A stretch of DNA of 64,000 nucleotides from contig CAVSNY010000006.1 in assembly GCA_963729605.1 (NCBI GenBank), positions 128,001 to 192,000 of the forward strand. The letters are read 5' to 3'. The position numbers were made by a program, and so were the translations under genes. Of this stretch, positions 19,644 to 30,610 are shown one piece after another (within the stretch, counting starts at the first letter, position 1; each line of letters opens with the position of its first letter). The DNA comes from an uncultured Gammaproteobacteria bacterium. GTDB taxonomy: Bacteria; Pseudomonadota; Gammaproteobacteria; DRLM01. The notes below the pieces were generated by a model that was not told where the DNA came from, made no database searches, and saw nothing but the letters and a program-made list of their open reading frames with translations.

Positions 19644-20084
19644 TCAGCCGCGCTTGGCGGGCTGAGGCGGCTCGGTCAATAAACCCACGCTGGGGGCGCC
19701 GGCCTGTTGCAAGAGGCTCATGGCGCGTAACACCTGTCCGTAGTTGGCCGTTTTGTCGCCGCGCACCAGCACGGGGATGCCGGGTTGGCGCTTCAAGACG
19801 ATCGCCACCCGCTGTAAGACCTGTTCGTCGCTCACCGGTTCGTCTTCCTTGCCGCCGATGTCGAGATAATATTTGCCGGCCGCGTCCACGGTGAGCACCA
19901 GCGGTTCCTTCGATTGCTCCTCCAAGGGTTGCGCGGCGGCCTGCGGCAAATCCACTTTCACGCCCTGCGTGAGCAACGGCGCGGTAATCATGAAGATGAT
20001 CAACAGCACCAGCATCACGTCGATGTAGGGCACCACGTTGATCTCGGCCATCAGGCGTTTTTTCTGGCGTTTGCCGGCTGCCAT
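19644..20084 (-). CDS. tolR: TolR
   Basis: EINVVPYIDVMLVLLIIFMITAP. Confidence 0.96.
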   Translation of the reverse strand: MAAGKRQKKRLMAEINVVPYIDVMLVLLIIFMITAPLLTQGVKVDLPQAAAQPLEEQSKEPLVLTVDAAGKYYLDIGGKEDEPVSDEQVLQRVAIVLKRQPGIPVLVRGDKTANYGQVLRAMSLLQQAGAPSVGLLTEPPQPAKRG

Positions 20085-20116
20085 TATGTGCGTCCTCTCA
20101 ACGAACCGGCCACGAC

Positions 20117-20791
20117 TCAGGCCCGCGCCTGGCGCTGCAACACCGAGGAGAATTCCTCGAGGAAATTGTCATAACGATTGACGATGCGCTCCAGGTCGGT
20201 GGAATAGCGGTTATAGGCGATCACCGCCGGGATGGCGGCGAACAGGCCCATGGCGGTGGCGATCAAGGCCTCGGCGATGCCGGGCGCCACCATCGCCAGA
20301 CTGGCCTGATTGACGTTGGCCAGGGCGCGGAAGGAATTCATGATGCCCCACACCGTGCCGAACAGGCCGACGTAAGGGCTGGTGGAACCCACCGTCGCCA
20401 GAAACGGCAGGTGCAGTTCCAGGCGCTCGGTCTCGCGGTTGAGCGCCACCCGCATGGCGCGCTGCACGCTGTCCATCAACTCCCGGCTGTCCACATTGCC
20501 TTGCTGACGGATGCGCAGGAATTCCTTGAAGCCGGAGTGAAAAATATTTTCCATGCCGTTCATCTGCCCTTGGCGCAACGACACCTCGCGATAGAGCTGG
20601 GCCAGATCGCCGCCCGACCAGAAGCGGGTCTCGAATTGCTGGGCGGACTCGCGGGCGGCTTTCATCTCGTTGCGTTTGCGGAAGATCACGAACCACGACA
20701 ACACCGACAGGATCAGTAACAGCAGCATCACCAGCTGCACCAGCAGGCTGGCGTTGGCGATCAAATGGATGAAGGATAAATCAGCCGACAC
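20117..20791 (-). CDS. tolQ: TolQ
   Basis: LATVGSTSPYVGLFGTVWGIM, VAPGIAEALIATAMGLFAAIPA. Confidence 0.97.
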   Translation of the reverse strand: MSADLSFIHLIANASLLVQLVMLLLLILSVLSWFVIFRKRNEMKAARESAQQFETRFWSGGDLAQLYREVSLRQGQMNGMENIFHSGFKEFLRIRQQGNVDSRELMDSVQRAMRVALNRETERLELHLPFLATVGSTSPYVGLFGTVWGIMNSFRALANVNQASLAMVAPGIAEALIATAMGLFAAIPAVIAYNRYSTDLERIVNRYDNFLEEFSSVLQRQARA

Positions 20792-21278
20792 GTGTTATCT
20801 CCGCGATTAGATGAGTAGGGATGGGGCAAGGCCGCAGGGTGGCGGCCTTCAGGCAGGCGATTTTGATCTGTCCCATGCATAGTCTGTTTTCGTTGTCCGC
20901 GAGCATGCGTTGGTAAGCGGCCGGAGTGATGAAACCCGCTAAATTCGAAGACGCCGCGCCGAGACGCAGCACATGTTGGATGAAACTCAAACTGGCCCGG
21001 CCTCGCTCGCTCACCTCGGCCGTGACGGCCAGCAGGTCGTTGAAACGCGCGGGCCGCAGATAATCCGCCTGCACCGCGCGAACCGCGAATAGGACATCAT
21101 GCTGCCGGATAAGTTCGTCTTGCTCGATCCCGCAGTGGCGCAGCCATTCGCTGCGGGCGCGCTCCATGAATTTGAGATAGTTGGCGTAGTACACCACGCC
21201 GCCGCTGTCGGTGTCTTCGTAATAGACCCGCACCGGCCAGACGAATACCCGGCTTTCCCGCTCATGTTCGGCGTTCAA
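20781..21278 (-). CDS. ybgC: tol-pal-associated acyl-CoA thioesterase
   Basis: VRVYYEDTDSGGVVYYANYLKFMERAR. Confidence 0.94.
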   Translation of the reverse strand: MNAEHERESRVFVWPVRVYYEDTDSGGVVYYANYLKFMERARSEWLRHCGIEQDELIRQHDVLFAVRAVQADYLRPARFNDLLAVTAEVSERGRASLSFIQHVLRLGAASSNLAGFITPAAYQRMLADNENRLCMGQIKIACLKAATLRPCPIPTHLIAEITRVG

Positions 21279-21365
21279 GAATGTCGCCTGATGAAAAATC
21301 GCCGCGCGCCCTACGCCCCCAGCCCGGCGTTATTCTAACCGTAAACGCCGCGGGCCGCAGCCCCG

Positions 21366-22430
<1,065 letters not shown>

Positions 22431-22885
22431 AGTATCGAGGTCCAAGTCTGTGACGGATGATGCCCTGTCACCCTGCGTGTCGCAAGTCTTGGCGGCCGCA
22501 TCGCCGAGAAATATCAGCCTTTAAACCCGCCCCGCGAAGCGCGGACCTCGACCCTGCTCCCCCAGCATGATGCAACGTGCATCTGGCATTTCGGTGACAG
22601 CCTTGGGCAAAAACACTTACCTCTTGTATAGCTATAACAACCCGGTTAACGTGTGTCTGGCCGCGGTCGAACCAACACGAAGAAGCCTGTTTACGCACCC
22701 GCGCTAGCATGCGGACACATATAAAGAAAACGACCTCTACATTAGAGCAAAATCGAGTCGATGGATTGTAGAATCCGTTCTAAAGAGGGGGAAACTCTGC
22801 ACTCAAGCCTGGCGCATAAACAAACCATCTCAGTTCACCATGGACTGAGGCAACTGCACGCGCCTAACTTAGAGTTAATTACCTA

Positions 22886-23215
22886 ATGTCGCGCCGTTGG
22901 CTTACGCCCCACCAGAGCCAATACTACGCCTGGCTGCTAACCCGCCGCGCCGGGGGCGACACGCTCGAATCCCTTGCCTCCACTTTGGTTAATTCGCAGG
23001 TGGACCTCAATCCCCATCAGGTCGAGGCCGCGCTGTTCGCTTGCAAGAATCCCCTCTCCCGCGGGGTGATCCTCGCCAACGAGGTCGGACTTGGAAAGAC
23101 CATCGAAGCCGGTCTCGTCATTTCGCAGTGCTGGGCCGAGCGGCGCCGCCGTAAAGAAGATGGTTACTCTTCCGTGGGCAGAGAGGATAAGACGGAACAG
23201 ATAGAACTGCTTTGA
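22886..23215 (+). pseudogene. SNF2-family helicase N-terminal remnant (type III RM-associated type)
   Basis: LASTLVNSQVDLNPHQVEAALFA...GVILANEVGLGKTIEAGLV; truncated after motif I. Confidence 0.8.
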
Positions 23216-23247
23216 TTACGTATAACACATTGGGACTAAGATTCCGC

Positions 23248-23892
23248 ATGAGTAATCGATACCAGGCGCAAGGCATTGAAGCTGAGTTTGAGCCCGGCTC
23301 GCGGGAGAGGGTGCTGCGCAATCTGCTGGGTATACGCCGAGTTCGGGAAATGGGCCAGCGTGAATCCGAAGCGCTGTTGGCGGCGACGCAGAGGTTGATT
23401 GATGAAACGTCCGTGAATAAGCGATTCACGGCGGATGATATTCGGCGCATGCACAGACTCTGGCTGGAGGATATCTACCCGTGGGCGGGAGAAGATCGGC
23501 AGGTGAATCTCGCAAGAAATGGTTTCATGTTTGCCGCAGCGGGACAAATTGGGAGACTTATGCGTCAGCTTGAACAAGGGCCGTTAAGGGAGTTCACGCC
23601 CTGCCATTTTAATAATATTGAGGATCAGGCCCGTGCTTTGGCCGTGGTGCACACGGAGTTGATTTTAATTCATCCCTTCCGTGACGGGAATGGGCGTTGC
23701 GCTCGCCTGTTGGCAGTTTTAATGGGGCTGCAGGCGGGATTGCCGGCGTTGGATTTCAGTGGTGTACGTGGGAAAGAGAAGCAGCGCTATATTGCGGCGA
23801 TTCATGCTGGCCTAGGTGGAGACTATGCTCCGATGATCGCGGTGTTTCGCCGTATTATCGGGCGGACTTTGAGGTCGGAGGGCGTGACTTGA
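23248..23892 (+). CDS. Fic-domain protein (class I-like)
   Basis: Intact HPFRDGNGRCAR signature; IYPWAG flap region. Confidence 0.92.
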   Translation: MSNRYQAQGIEAEFEPGSRERVLRNLLGIRRVREMGQRESEALLAATQRLIDETSVNKRFTADDIRRMHRLWLEDIYPWAGEDRQVNLARNGFMFAAAGQIGRLMRQLEQGPLREFTPCHFNNIEDQARALAVVHTELILIHPFRDGNGRCARLLAVLMGLQAGLPALDFSGVRGKEKQRYIAAIHAGLGGDYAPMIAVFRRIIGRTLRSEGVT

Positions 23893-24082
23893 CGCGAGAA
23901 CCGCCCTTCTTGCGTAGCGTCTCAACTTTTGAGGCTGATCGTGCGTTGAGAGTTTCTACTTTCGTAAAGCGCACGTTAATGCCTTCAATGGAGGAAGAAC
24001 TGACAACGGATTTGATAACACCCCGCTTGCGGGAATCGGGGTTGCGCATATAGGGATTGGCTTTTGATAGTTTTTTGCTCAT
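23855..24082 (-). CDS. putative Fic antitoxin (SxxxEG motif)
   Basis: 75-aa basic ORF MSKKLSKANPYMRNP...VVSSSSIEGI; convergent to and overlapping the fic 3' end. Confidence 0.55.
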   Translation of the reverse strand: MSKKLSKANPYMRNPDSRKRGVIKSVVSSSSIEGINVRFTKVETLNARSASKVETLRKKGGSRVKSRPPTSKSAR

Positions 24083-24121
24083 GGGCGAATTATAGCAGAT
24101 AGCGCTTTCGGGGAATTGCGA

Positions 24122-24905
24122 ATGAATCGATATGTTAATCCAATTGCCGGCCGCCTGAGCCTGCGTCCACCTCAGCGGCTGTCGTTGGAAATCCTGAACC
24201 GCATTACGGAGATTACCCCGCCCCCGGAAGGAGGCCGACCTCGAATCGGCCTTGGCGGCCATCCGCAGCGAGTTTCCCTCGGTCACCGATTTTGAGCGGG
24301 AGTTCCCGTCGCTGTGTTTCGCGTTGGCGACCGGCGTTGGCAAGACCCGTTTGATGGGGCCTTTATCAGCTATCTGCACCTGGCGCATGGCATCAATAAT
24401 TTCTTCGCGCTAGCGCCGAATCTGACTATCTATAACAAGCTGATCACAGACTTCATGCCCAATACGCCGAAATATGTGTTCAAGGGAATCGCGGAATTCA
24501 CCGTGAATGTGCCGGCCATTATTACCGGCAATAATGACGAACAACGCGATCCCGCCTCGGGCACATTGTTCGGCGGCGTGGTCGTGAATATCTTCAATAT
24601 TTCCAAATATCAATTCCGAGGTGCGCGGCGGCAAGTCGCCCCGCATCAAGCGCCTGTTCGAGTATATCGGCGAAAGCTACTTCGACTACTTGGCGGGCCT
24701 GCCGGACTTGGTGCTGCTGATGGACGAGTCACACCGCTATCGCGCCAGCGCCGGGGGCGGGCGATCAACGAGCTGAAGCCGCTCATCGGCCTGGAATTCA
24801 GGGCGACACCATTCGTGGAATCCGCGCGCGAGTCCGTGCCGTTTAAGAACGTGGTGATGGATTATCTTCTGGAGCGCGCTATGGAAGATAGTTTCGTCAA
24901 ATATC
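24122..24905 (+). pseudogene. type III restriction enzyme Res subunit remnant
   Basis: IAGRLSLRPPQ..., FEREFPSLCFALATGVGKTRLMG, APNLTIYNKL, LVLLMDESHRYRAS spread over several frames; truncated. Confidence 0.85.
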
Positions 24906-24908
24906 CAC

Positions 24909-25391
24909 CTAAGCGTAAGCCAGGCGCCGCGTTGCAGGGCTCGCTGTTTTAGCGTGGGCGGCTTTTATGTGGGCGATCCGCATACCGCAATAGTCTTTGA
25001 CCGCGTTGGCCACCATCGAGCGATGGCAGAAATTGGAGTCAGCCCCATAGCAGAGTAGCGCGCAGTTCGACGACGCTGCCAATGACGAGAAATCAGCGAC
25101 AGCCTCCCCTTGGGTTTTTAAATATTTGAGGAAGTCCTCGGTGTAGCGCTTCCAGTTCCCGTCTTCGCGATAGCGGTTGCGGATCGGCTTAGGACAACCG
25201 AGCTTCACCATGTGAACGTACTCGCGGCCGGTGAGGTTGAGCAGATTCTCCAAAGCTTTCGAGAAACCCGGCTTGCGTGACAGGGGCAGCTCGCGGACGT
25301 CAACAATCATGTCGATGTCGTGCTCGATCAGCAGTGATATAAACGCATCTATGTCCAGCCCCTCGTAGCCTATGGTAAAAATAGTAGCCAT
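24909..25391 (-). CDS. DUF488 family protein
   Basis: IFTIGYEG, VDVRELPLSRKPGFSK, LGCPK, ALLC...CHRS. Confidence 0.88.
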   Translation of the reverse strand: MATIFTIGYEGLDIDAFISLLIEHDIDMIVDVRELPLSRKPGFSKALENLLNLTGREYVHMVKLGCPKPIRNRYREDGNWKRYTEDFLKYLKTQGEAVADFSSLAASSNCALLCYGADSNFCHRSMVANAVKDYCGMRIAHIKAAHAKTASPATRRLAYA

Positions 25392-25475
25392 TTATACGAC
25401 CTTTAAACCTATACGACCTTTAAACAAATTTAAATCAAGATTCAGTACGATCGAGACGGAGTACCTCAATGAGCA

Positions 25476-26087
25476 TCAGCCTTTCAAGCCGCTTTGCAAG
25501 GCGCGGCGGATGATCTCTTCACACTCTAAACCTTCGGTATCGATGCGCAACACCATGCGGCTGGCGTCGGGCGGTTTGTAGCCCAGCACCACCAAAGCGC
25601 TGATGGCGTCGTTCACCGCGGTGGATGCCGACGGCGCGGTGCCCACCGCCGTCTCGGCCTTAGTCAGCGACAGGCCTTCCGCCTTGGCCTTGAGCCGATC
25701 GCGCATTTCCATCACCAGACGTTCGGCGGTTTTTTTGCCGACGCCGGGCAAGCGGGTGAGGCGGGCCACGTCGTTGTCGCGCACGCAGCGCACGAAATCA
25801 TCCACCGCGATGCCGGACAAAATCGCCGCCGCCAGCTTAGCGCCCACGCCGTTGACCTTGATCAAGTCGCGAAACAGCGCGCGGTCGCTCTCGCCGGCGA
25901 AGCCGTAGAGGATGTGGGCGTCTTCGCGGACGATGAGGTGGGTGTGCAGCACCGCCTCGTCGCCCAGCGCCGGCAATTGGAAATACGTGGTGAGCGGCAC
26001 CTCGACTTCGTAGCCCACCCCCTGCACGTCGATCAGCACATGGGGCGCCTGCTTCTCCAGCAGTTTGCCGCGCAGCCGGCCGATCAT
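25476..26087 (-). CDS. ruvA: RuvA
   Basis: [36 protein letters not shown]. Confidence 0.97.
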   Translation of the reverse strand: MIGRLRGKLLEKQAPHVLIDVQGVGYEVEVPLTTYFQLPALGDEAVLHTHLIVREDAHILYGFAGESDRALFRDLIKVNGVGAKLAAAILSGIAVDDFVRCVRDNDVARLTRLPGVGKKTAERLVMEMRDRLKAKAEGLSLTKAETAVGTAPSASTAVNDAISALVVLGYKPPDASRMVLRIDTEGLECEEIIRRALQSGLKG

Positions 26088-26605
26088 CGCCAGCGCCCCG
26101 CGCGCATGCCGCGTGTCGCGGCGGGCAACGCCGCCAGGGTTTGGCGGGTGTGGCCGTGACAAAGGGCGCAGGCCAGCGCGTCGGCGGCGTCGGCCTGCGG
26201 GGTGTTTGAAAGTTGCAGCAGCGTCGTCACCATGTGTTGTACCTGTTCCTTGCTCGCCCCGCCGCGGCCCACCAGCGCCTGCTTGATTTGAGTGGCGGAA
26301 TATTCCGCCACCGGCCGCTCGCGATTCATCACCGCGCACAACGCCGCGCCGCGGGCCTGGCCCAGTTTGAGGGCGGAATCCACATTGCGCTGCACGAAGA
26401 CCTTTTCGATCGCCACCTCGTCGGGCAGGTATTCCGCGACGATGCGCCCCAAGCCTTCAAAAATGATCCGCAATCGCTCGGGGAATTCTTCATCCTCCAT
26501 GCGCACGCAGCCGCTGGCGAGGTACACCGCCTGGCGGCCGCGCAGCTCGATGAGGCCGTAACCCGTGACGCGCGAACCCGGATCGATGCCGAGGATGCGG
26601 GTCAT
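26084..26605 (-). CDS. ruvC: RuvC resolvase
   Basis: [23 protein letters not shown]. Confidence 0.97.
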   Translation of the reverse strand: MTRILGIDPGSRVTGYGLIELRGRQAVYLASGCVRMEDEEFPERLRIIFEGLGRIVAEYLPDEVAIEKVFVQRNVDSALKLGQARGAALCAVMNRERPVAEYSATQIKQALVGRGGASKEQVQHMVTTLLQLSNTPQADAADALACALCHGHTRQTLAALPAATRGMRAGRWR

Positions 26606-26687
26606 CGCCCGATTACCGAAATTGACTGGTCATGTGCCGAGTTAAAAGGTAACAAGCTTTCCATCATCTGCCCTCTCGACTCGGACA

Positions 26688-27431
26688 TTACAATTGATCC
26701 AACACCTCTTCGGAAATGTCCGCGTTGGAATAGACGTTCTGCACGTCGTCCAGGTCTTCCAGCATCTCCACCATCTTCACCATCTTCGCCGCGTCCTCGG
26801 TGCCGAGCGCGACGCTGACCGCGGCGCGCATGGTTACTTCGGCGGACTCTGGCATCAGTTCCGCCGCCAGCAGCGCCGCCTTGACGGCCTCGAAACGTTC
26901 CGGCGCGGCCAGCACCTCCACCGAGCCGTCTTCGTTGTTCACGATGTCGTCGGCCCCGGCGTCCAAGGCGATTTCCATGATGCGGTCTTCGTCGCTGCCC
27001 GCCGCGTAACCGAATACCCCGGTCTTGGTGAACAGATAGGCCACCGAGCCGTCGGTGCCGAGATTGCCGCCGCATTTATTGAAGGCATGGCGCACGTCGG
27101 CGACGGTGCGGTGGCGGTTGTCGGTCATGCAGTCCACCATCACCGCCACCCCGCCCGGGGCGTAGCCCTCGTAGCGCACTTCTTCGTAATTCTGCCCTTC
27201 CAGCTCACCGGCGCCGCGTTTGATGGCGCGCTCGACGGTGTCGCGGGTCATGTTGGCGGTGAGGGCCTTGTCGATGGCGGTGCGCAGCCGGGGATTGGAC
27301 GCCGCGTCCGCGCCGCCCATACGGGCCGCGACGGTGATCTCACGTATCAGTTTGGTGAACAGCTTGCCGCGCTTGGCGTCCTGCACGCCCTTGCGGTGCT
27401 GGATATTGGCCCATTTACTATGCCCTGCCAT
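26688..27431 (-). CDS. yebC: YebC/PmpR family protein
   Basis: [34 protein letters not shown]. Confidence 0.97.
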   Translation of the reverse strand: MAGHSKWANIQHRKGVQDAKRGKLFTKLIREITVAARMGGADAASNPRLRTAIDKALTANMTRDTVERAIKRGAGELEGQNYEEVRYEGYAPGGVAVMVDCMTDNRHRTVADVRHAFNKCGGNLGTDGSVAYLFTKTGVFGYAAGSDEDRIMEIALDAGADDIVNNEDGSVEVLAAPERFEAVKAALLAAELMPESAEVTMRAAVSVALGTEDAAKMVKMVEMLEDLDDVQNVYSNADISEEVLDQL

Positions 27432-27702
27432 GCCTGCCTCAAAAATCCTGGGGATTTGGAAAATTGGGCTAGTGTAGCAGCTCGCCGGGGCCAGGGTCAC
27501 GGCGGCCCGGCGGGGCCGGATTGATCAAACCATTCGGCCGCCACCCGGGGCATGCTTATCGGCCCGCCGATCCGGATCAGGTCGATATCTCATCGCCGGC
27601 CGGGAAAGCGGCGGCTATATTATAGGCAAGCGAGGCGGCGGGACGCCGTCCAATTGCAGTAGAATGAACTCGACCCAGCCACTGCAAAGGAGACTGACGA
27701 CG

Positions 27703-28185
27703 ATGAGCGATCAACCGGAGTACAACAAAGTCCGCACCTCGGCTCTCGGGGCCGAACTCCACGAGGACGAGGCCAAAGTGCTGGCGGAGACCATGGGCGT
27801 GCGCCGTCTGCGCGACGGCGAACTGCTCACCGCCGAAGGCGGCGCGGCGCAAACCCTGTTCGTGCTCGCCGAGGGCAAGCTCAGCGTGCTCAGCAATATC
27901 GACGGCGTCGATCAACCGGTCTACACCATGACCGAGGGCGAATGCGCCGGCACCCGCGCCTTCGTCGATCGCGCGCCGCGCAAAGCCACCCTGCGCGCCC
28001 TGGGTCCCGCCACGGTCTTCACCCTGGAACCGGACGCCTTCGAATCGCTGCTGGAAGACCACCCGCGCATCGTCTACAAGGTCATGCGCGCCTTGTTCCG
28101 CATCACCCATAGCAATTTGATGCGCATGAATCAGGAAACCCAGCAACTCAGCAATTACATCAACAAGACCCACGGCCGTTATTAA
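27703..28185 (+). CDS. cyclic nucleotide-binding domain protein
   Basis: cNMP-fold pattern (LFVLAEGKL, GEC.G..AFVD..PRKATLRA); RBS AAGGAG. Confidence 0.8.
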   Translation: MSDQPEYNKVRTSALGAELHEDEAKVLAETMGVRRLRDGELLTAEGGAAQTLFVLAEGKLSVLSNIDGVDQPVYTMTEGECAGTRAFVDRAPRKATLRALGPATVFTLEPDAFESLLEDHPRIVYKVMRALFRITHSNLMRMNQETQQLSNYINKTHGRY

Positions 28186-28223
28186 CCGCGCGGCGTCGCT
28201 CGGCGGCCGCGCGCCGTCCGGGC

Positions 28224-29114
28224 TCAGCCCGGCGGCGGCACGATCGCCAGTTCATAGGCATGGTCGCGGCTGATCAAGCCGCTATGGCGGAACACCCGCA
28301 ATAGGTTTTCATAATCGCCGCGCGGGATGGCCGGCTCGGCGTTCCAACAACCCAGCCGCTGATAGGCATTGATGGTCTCCGTCAACACATTGCGGTGGAT
28401 GGTGGTGAAAAATCCCGCGTCGTGCAGACGCGCCGCGATCTCTTCCGCCGGCGCGGCGATCACATAACCCAGCGACTTGCGATAAGCGCGCATGAAGGCG
28501 CGCGCCAGGTCCGACGCCAGCCATGCGCGCGACGCGCACAAACTGCTGAAGGCCACCGGTCCCACCAGATCGCTCACGACCGCGACCACGAAGGCGTTGC
28601 CCTCGTGCTCCAGTTGCTGCGGCAGCGGGCCTTGCAGATGGACGTAATCCGCCGCCCCGGCGCGAAAGGCCCGCTCCATCGCCTCCACATCGCCGGCGTC
28701 GATCACCTCCAGCGCCGCGTAATCCACGCCGGCGCGATGCAGGGCGTACTTGAACATCGCCAGCGGTTGAAAAAAGTGATCGACCAGCACCCGCTGGCCG
28801 GCGAGTTTGTCCCAGGTGAAGTGCGGATCCGGCCTGCGCGCCGCTATAAAAAAACCGTCGCGGCCGTTGATCTGCGCGAAGTGCACGACGTCCGGCGTCT
28901 CACCGCGCTCCAGCGCCGCGAACGAAGTCGCCACCGCCGATTGCGCGACGTGACACTCCCCGGCGCGGATGGCGTCTATCACACCGCGCTCGGACGTGGC
29001 GACGGAATAACGCGGCTCGAGCCCCTCGTCGCGCAAATACCCGCCCGCGATGGTCAGCAAATAAGGGCTGTAAAACGCCGAATGGCGCAAGGCCATGAGA
29101 TTGATTTGGGTCAT
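28224..29114 (-). CDS. NMT1/THI5-like substrate-binding-fold protein
   Basis: RHSAFYSP, HFAQINGRDGFF, FTWDKL; no signal peptide seen and no adjacent permease. Confidence 0.75.
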   Translation of the reverse strand: MTQINLMALRHSAFYSPYLLTIAGGYLRDEGLEPRYSVATSERGVIDAIRAGECHVAQSAVATSFAALERGETPDVVHFAQINGRDGFFIAARRPDPHFTWDKLAGQRVLVDHFFQPLAMFKYALHRAGVDYAALEVIDAGDVEAMERAFRAGAADYVHLQGPLPQQLEHEGNAFVVAVVSDLVGPVAFSSLCASRAWLASDLARAFMRAYRKSLGYVIAAPAEEIAARLHDAGFFTTIHRNVLTETINAYQRLGCWNAEPAIPRGDYENLLRVFRHSGLISRDHAYELAIVPPPG

Positions 29115-29156
29115 GCTGTTACTCCAGTGCGCCGAAGAACTCGTCGGCAAAAATCA

Positions 29157-29226
29157 TTAGCTGCCAAGGCGCGAAGACGCCAAGAAAAACCATGTACATG
29201 AATAACGAAAACACTCGGCGGTTAAA
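29157..29226. repeat. REP-like palindromic repeat (CGCCAAGGCGC type), degenerate
   Basis: TTAGCTGCCAAGGCGCGAAGACGCCAAG matches the arm of the element at 42314-42400. Confidence 0.55.
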
Positions 29227-29276
29227 TTCCTCTTTACCATAACAGGCAAGGCGCGGCGAGCATCGGCTGATCAAGC

Positions 29277-29577
29277 TAGAACCCGGCTTCAAATTGGAAT
29301 ATAGCTCCCAAACCGGACTGACGCATCGTTCTTAACTCCCTCTCCCGCGGGCGGGAGAGGGTGGGGGTGAGGGCGCCCGAATGACCGTTATCACTCCGCA
29401 AGAACGCTTTTTCCCATCTCTCCCTTCCCTCACCCTGACGGCTGCGCCCCCCTCGCTGCGCTCTCCCCGCTCGCGGGAGAGGGACATGTTCTGAAGTTTT
29501 TTCAGTAGCGGACGGACGTAGTCATGGGTGATCACACCCGCCGACTATTCTCAAAGCCGATGTTGAGATAGGTCCTA
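29277..29577 (-). mobile_element. ~300-bp MITE-like element, inverted relative of the 60.6-61.6 kb units
   Basis: Ends TAGAACCCGGCTTCAAA...TTGAGATAGGTCCTA; internal CCCTCTCCCGCGGGCGGGAGAGGG hairpin; aligns by eye with the reverse complement of 61265-61616. Confidence 0.75.
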
Positions 29578-29958
29578 ACGATTGCGCATATGGTCCGCGG
29601 TATTGCTCAATGACTGCAATAATTGTTGCCGCAGCAGGGGATCGATATCGAGTTCCACCAGCGCCTGCCGCATACACGCCATCCAGGCGTCGCGCTCCGC
29701 CGCGCCGATGGGGAACGGCAGATGCCGCGCCCGCAAGCGCGGGTGACCGTACTCTTCGATATACAAAGACGGGCCGCCCAACCAGCCGGAGAGAAACTTG
29801 AACAATTTATCGCGGGAACCCGCCATGTCCGCCGGATGGAGGTCGCGTATCTTTCGCGCCTCCGGCAACGTCTCCATCAAATCATAAAAGCGGTCCACCA
29901 AACGGCGCACCGCCTGCTCACCGCCCAGCCGGGCGTAATGCGATAAATCCGGATTCAC
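29575..29958 (-). CDS. group II truncated hemoglobin
   Basis: LGGEQAVRRLVDRFYDLM, FLSGWLGGP..Y, GHPRLRARH, ERDAW, ADHMRN. Confidence 0.93.
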   Translation of the reverse strand: MNPDLSHYARLGGEQAVRRLVDRFYDLMETLPEARKIRDLHPADMAGSRDKLFKFLSGWLGGPSLYIEEYGHPRLRARHLPFPIGAAERDAWMACMRQALVELDIDPLLRQQLLQSLSNTADHMRNR

Positions 29959-30010
29959 TTCCTACTCCCGTTCAACCCGCTCATCGAATCCCCGCATGAC
30001 CGGCCGCGCG

Positions 30011-30436
30011 TCAATCACCTTCATCCGCGACCCGGCCGCGCAAGGACTTCACTTTACCGCGTTGCCCTTTTTCATCCAAACGCCGCTGCCGCGCGCCCTT
30101 GCTGGGCGCGGTGGCGACGCGCTTTTTATTCACCACCGCGACGCTCCTGATCAATTCCTGCAACCGGCTCAGCGCCTCGTCGCGGTTTTTCTCCTGGCTG
30201 CGGTATTGCTGCGCCTTGATGACGATCACCCCGTCCTTGCTGATGCGTTTATCGCTGAGTTTGAGCAACCGCTGTTTATAAAAATCCGGCAAAGACGAGG
30301 CGCCGACGTCGAAACGCAAATGAATGGCGGTCGAAACCTTGTTGACGTTCTGCCCGCCCGCGCCCTGCGCCCGTATCGCGCTGATTTCGATCTCGGCCTC
30401 GGCGATACTCACGTTATTGGAAATTCGCAACATCAT
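30011..30436 (-). CDS. arfB: alternative ribosome rescue factor ArfB
   Basis: GAGGQNVNKVS (GGQ), RSQEKNR, basic C-terminal tail. Confidence 0.94.
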   Translation of the reverse strand: MMLRISNNVSIAEAEIEISAIRAQGAGGQNVNKVSTAIHLRFDVGASSLPDFYKQRLLKLSDKRISKDGVIVIKAQQYRSQEKNRDEALSRLQELIRSVAVVNKKRVATAPSKGARQRRLDEKGQRGKVKSLRGRVADEGD

Positions 30437-30459
30437 TCGATTCCGTTTGCGGGTCCGCA

Positions 30460-30610
30460 GTCTCAAAATGGATTTGAGCGCATCTTCAGTAGAGACAAAG
30501 CTACTTCTTGCCGATCCATCATCCTTAACCCTCCTCCGCAAGCGGGAGAGGGACGTGTCGTGTCGTGCGCGATCATGCGTACCGGATGTCCTCAATCTCG
30601 ATCGAGATTT
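30460..30610. repeat. degenerate copy of the MITE/REP family
   Basis: TCTCAAAATGGATTTGAG start resembling the family end and a CCCTCCTCCGCAAGCGGGAGAGGG hairpin. Confidence 0.4.

Noticed and set aside
22465-22785. Short inverted repeats (CTGTCACC...GGTGACAG; TTAGAGC...GTTCTAA) at the island edge
   Set aside because: Too short to distinguish from chance, with no second copy in the window
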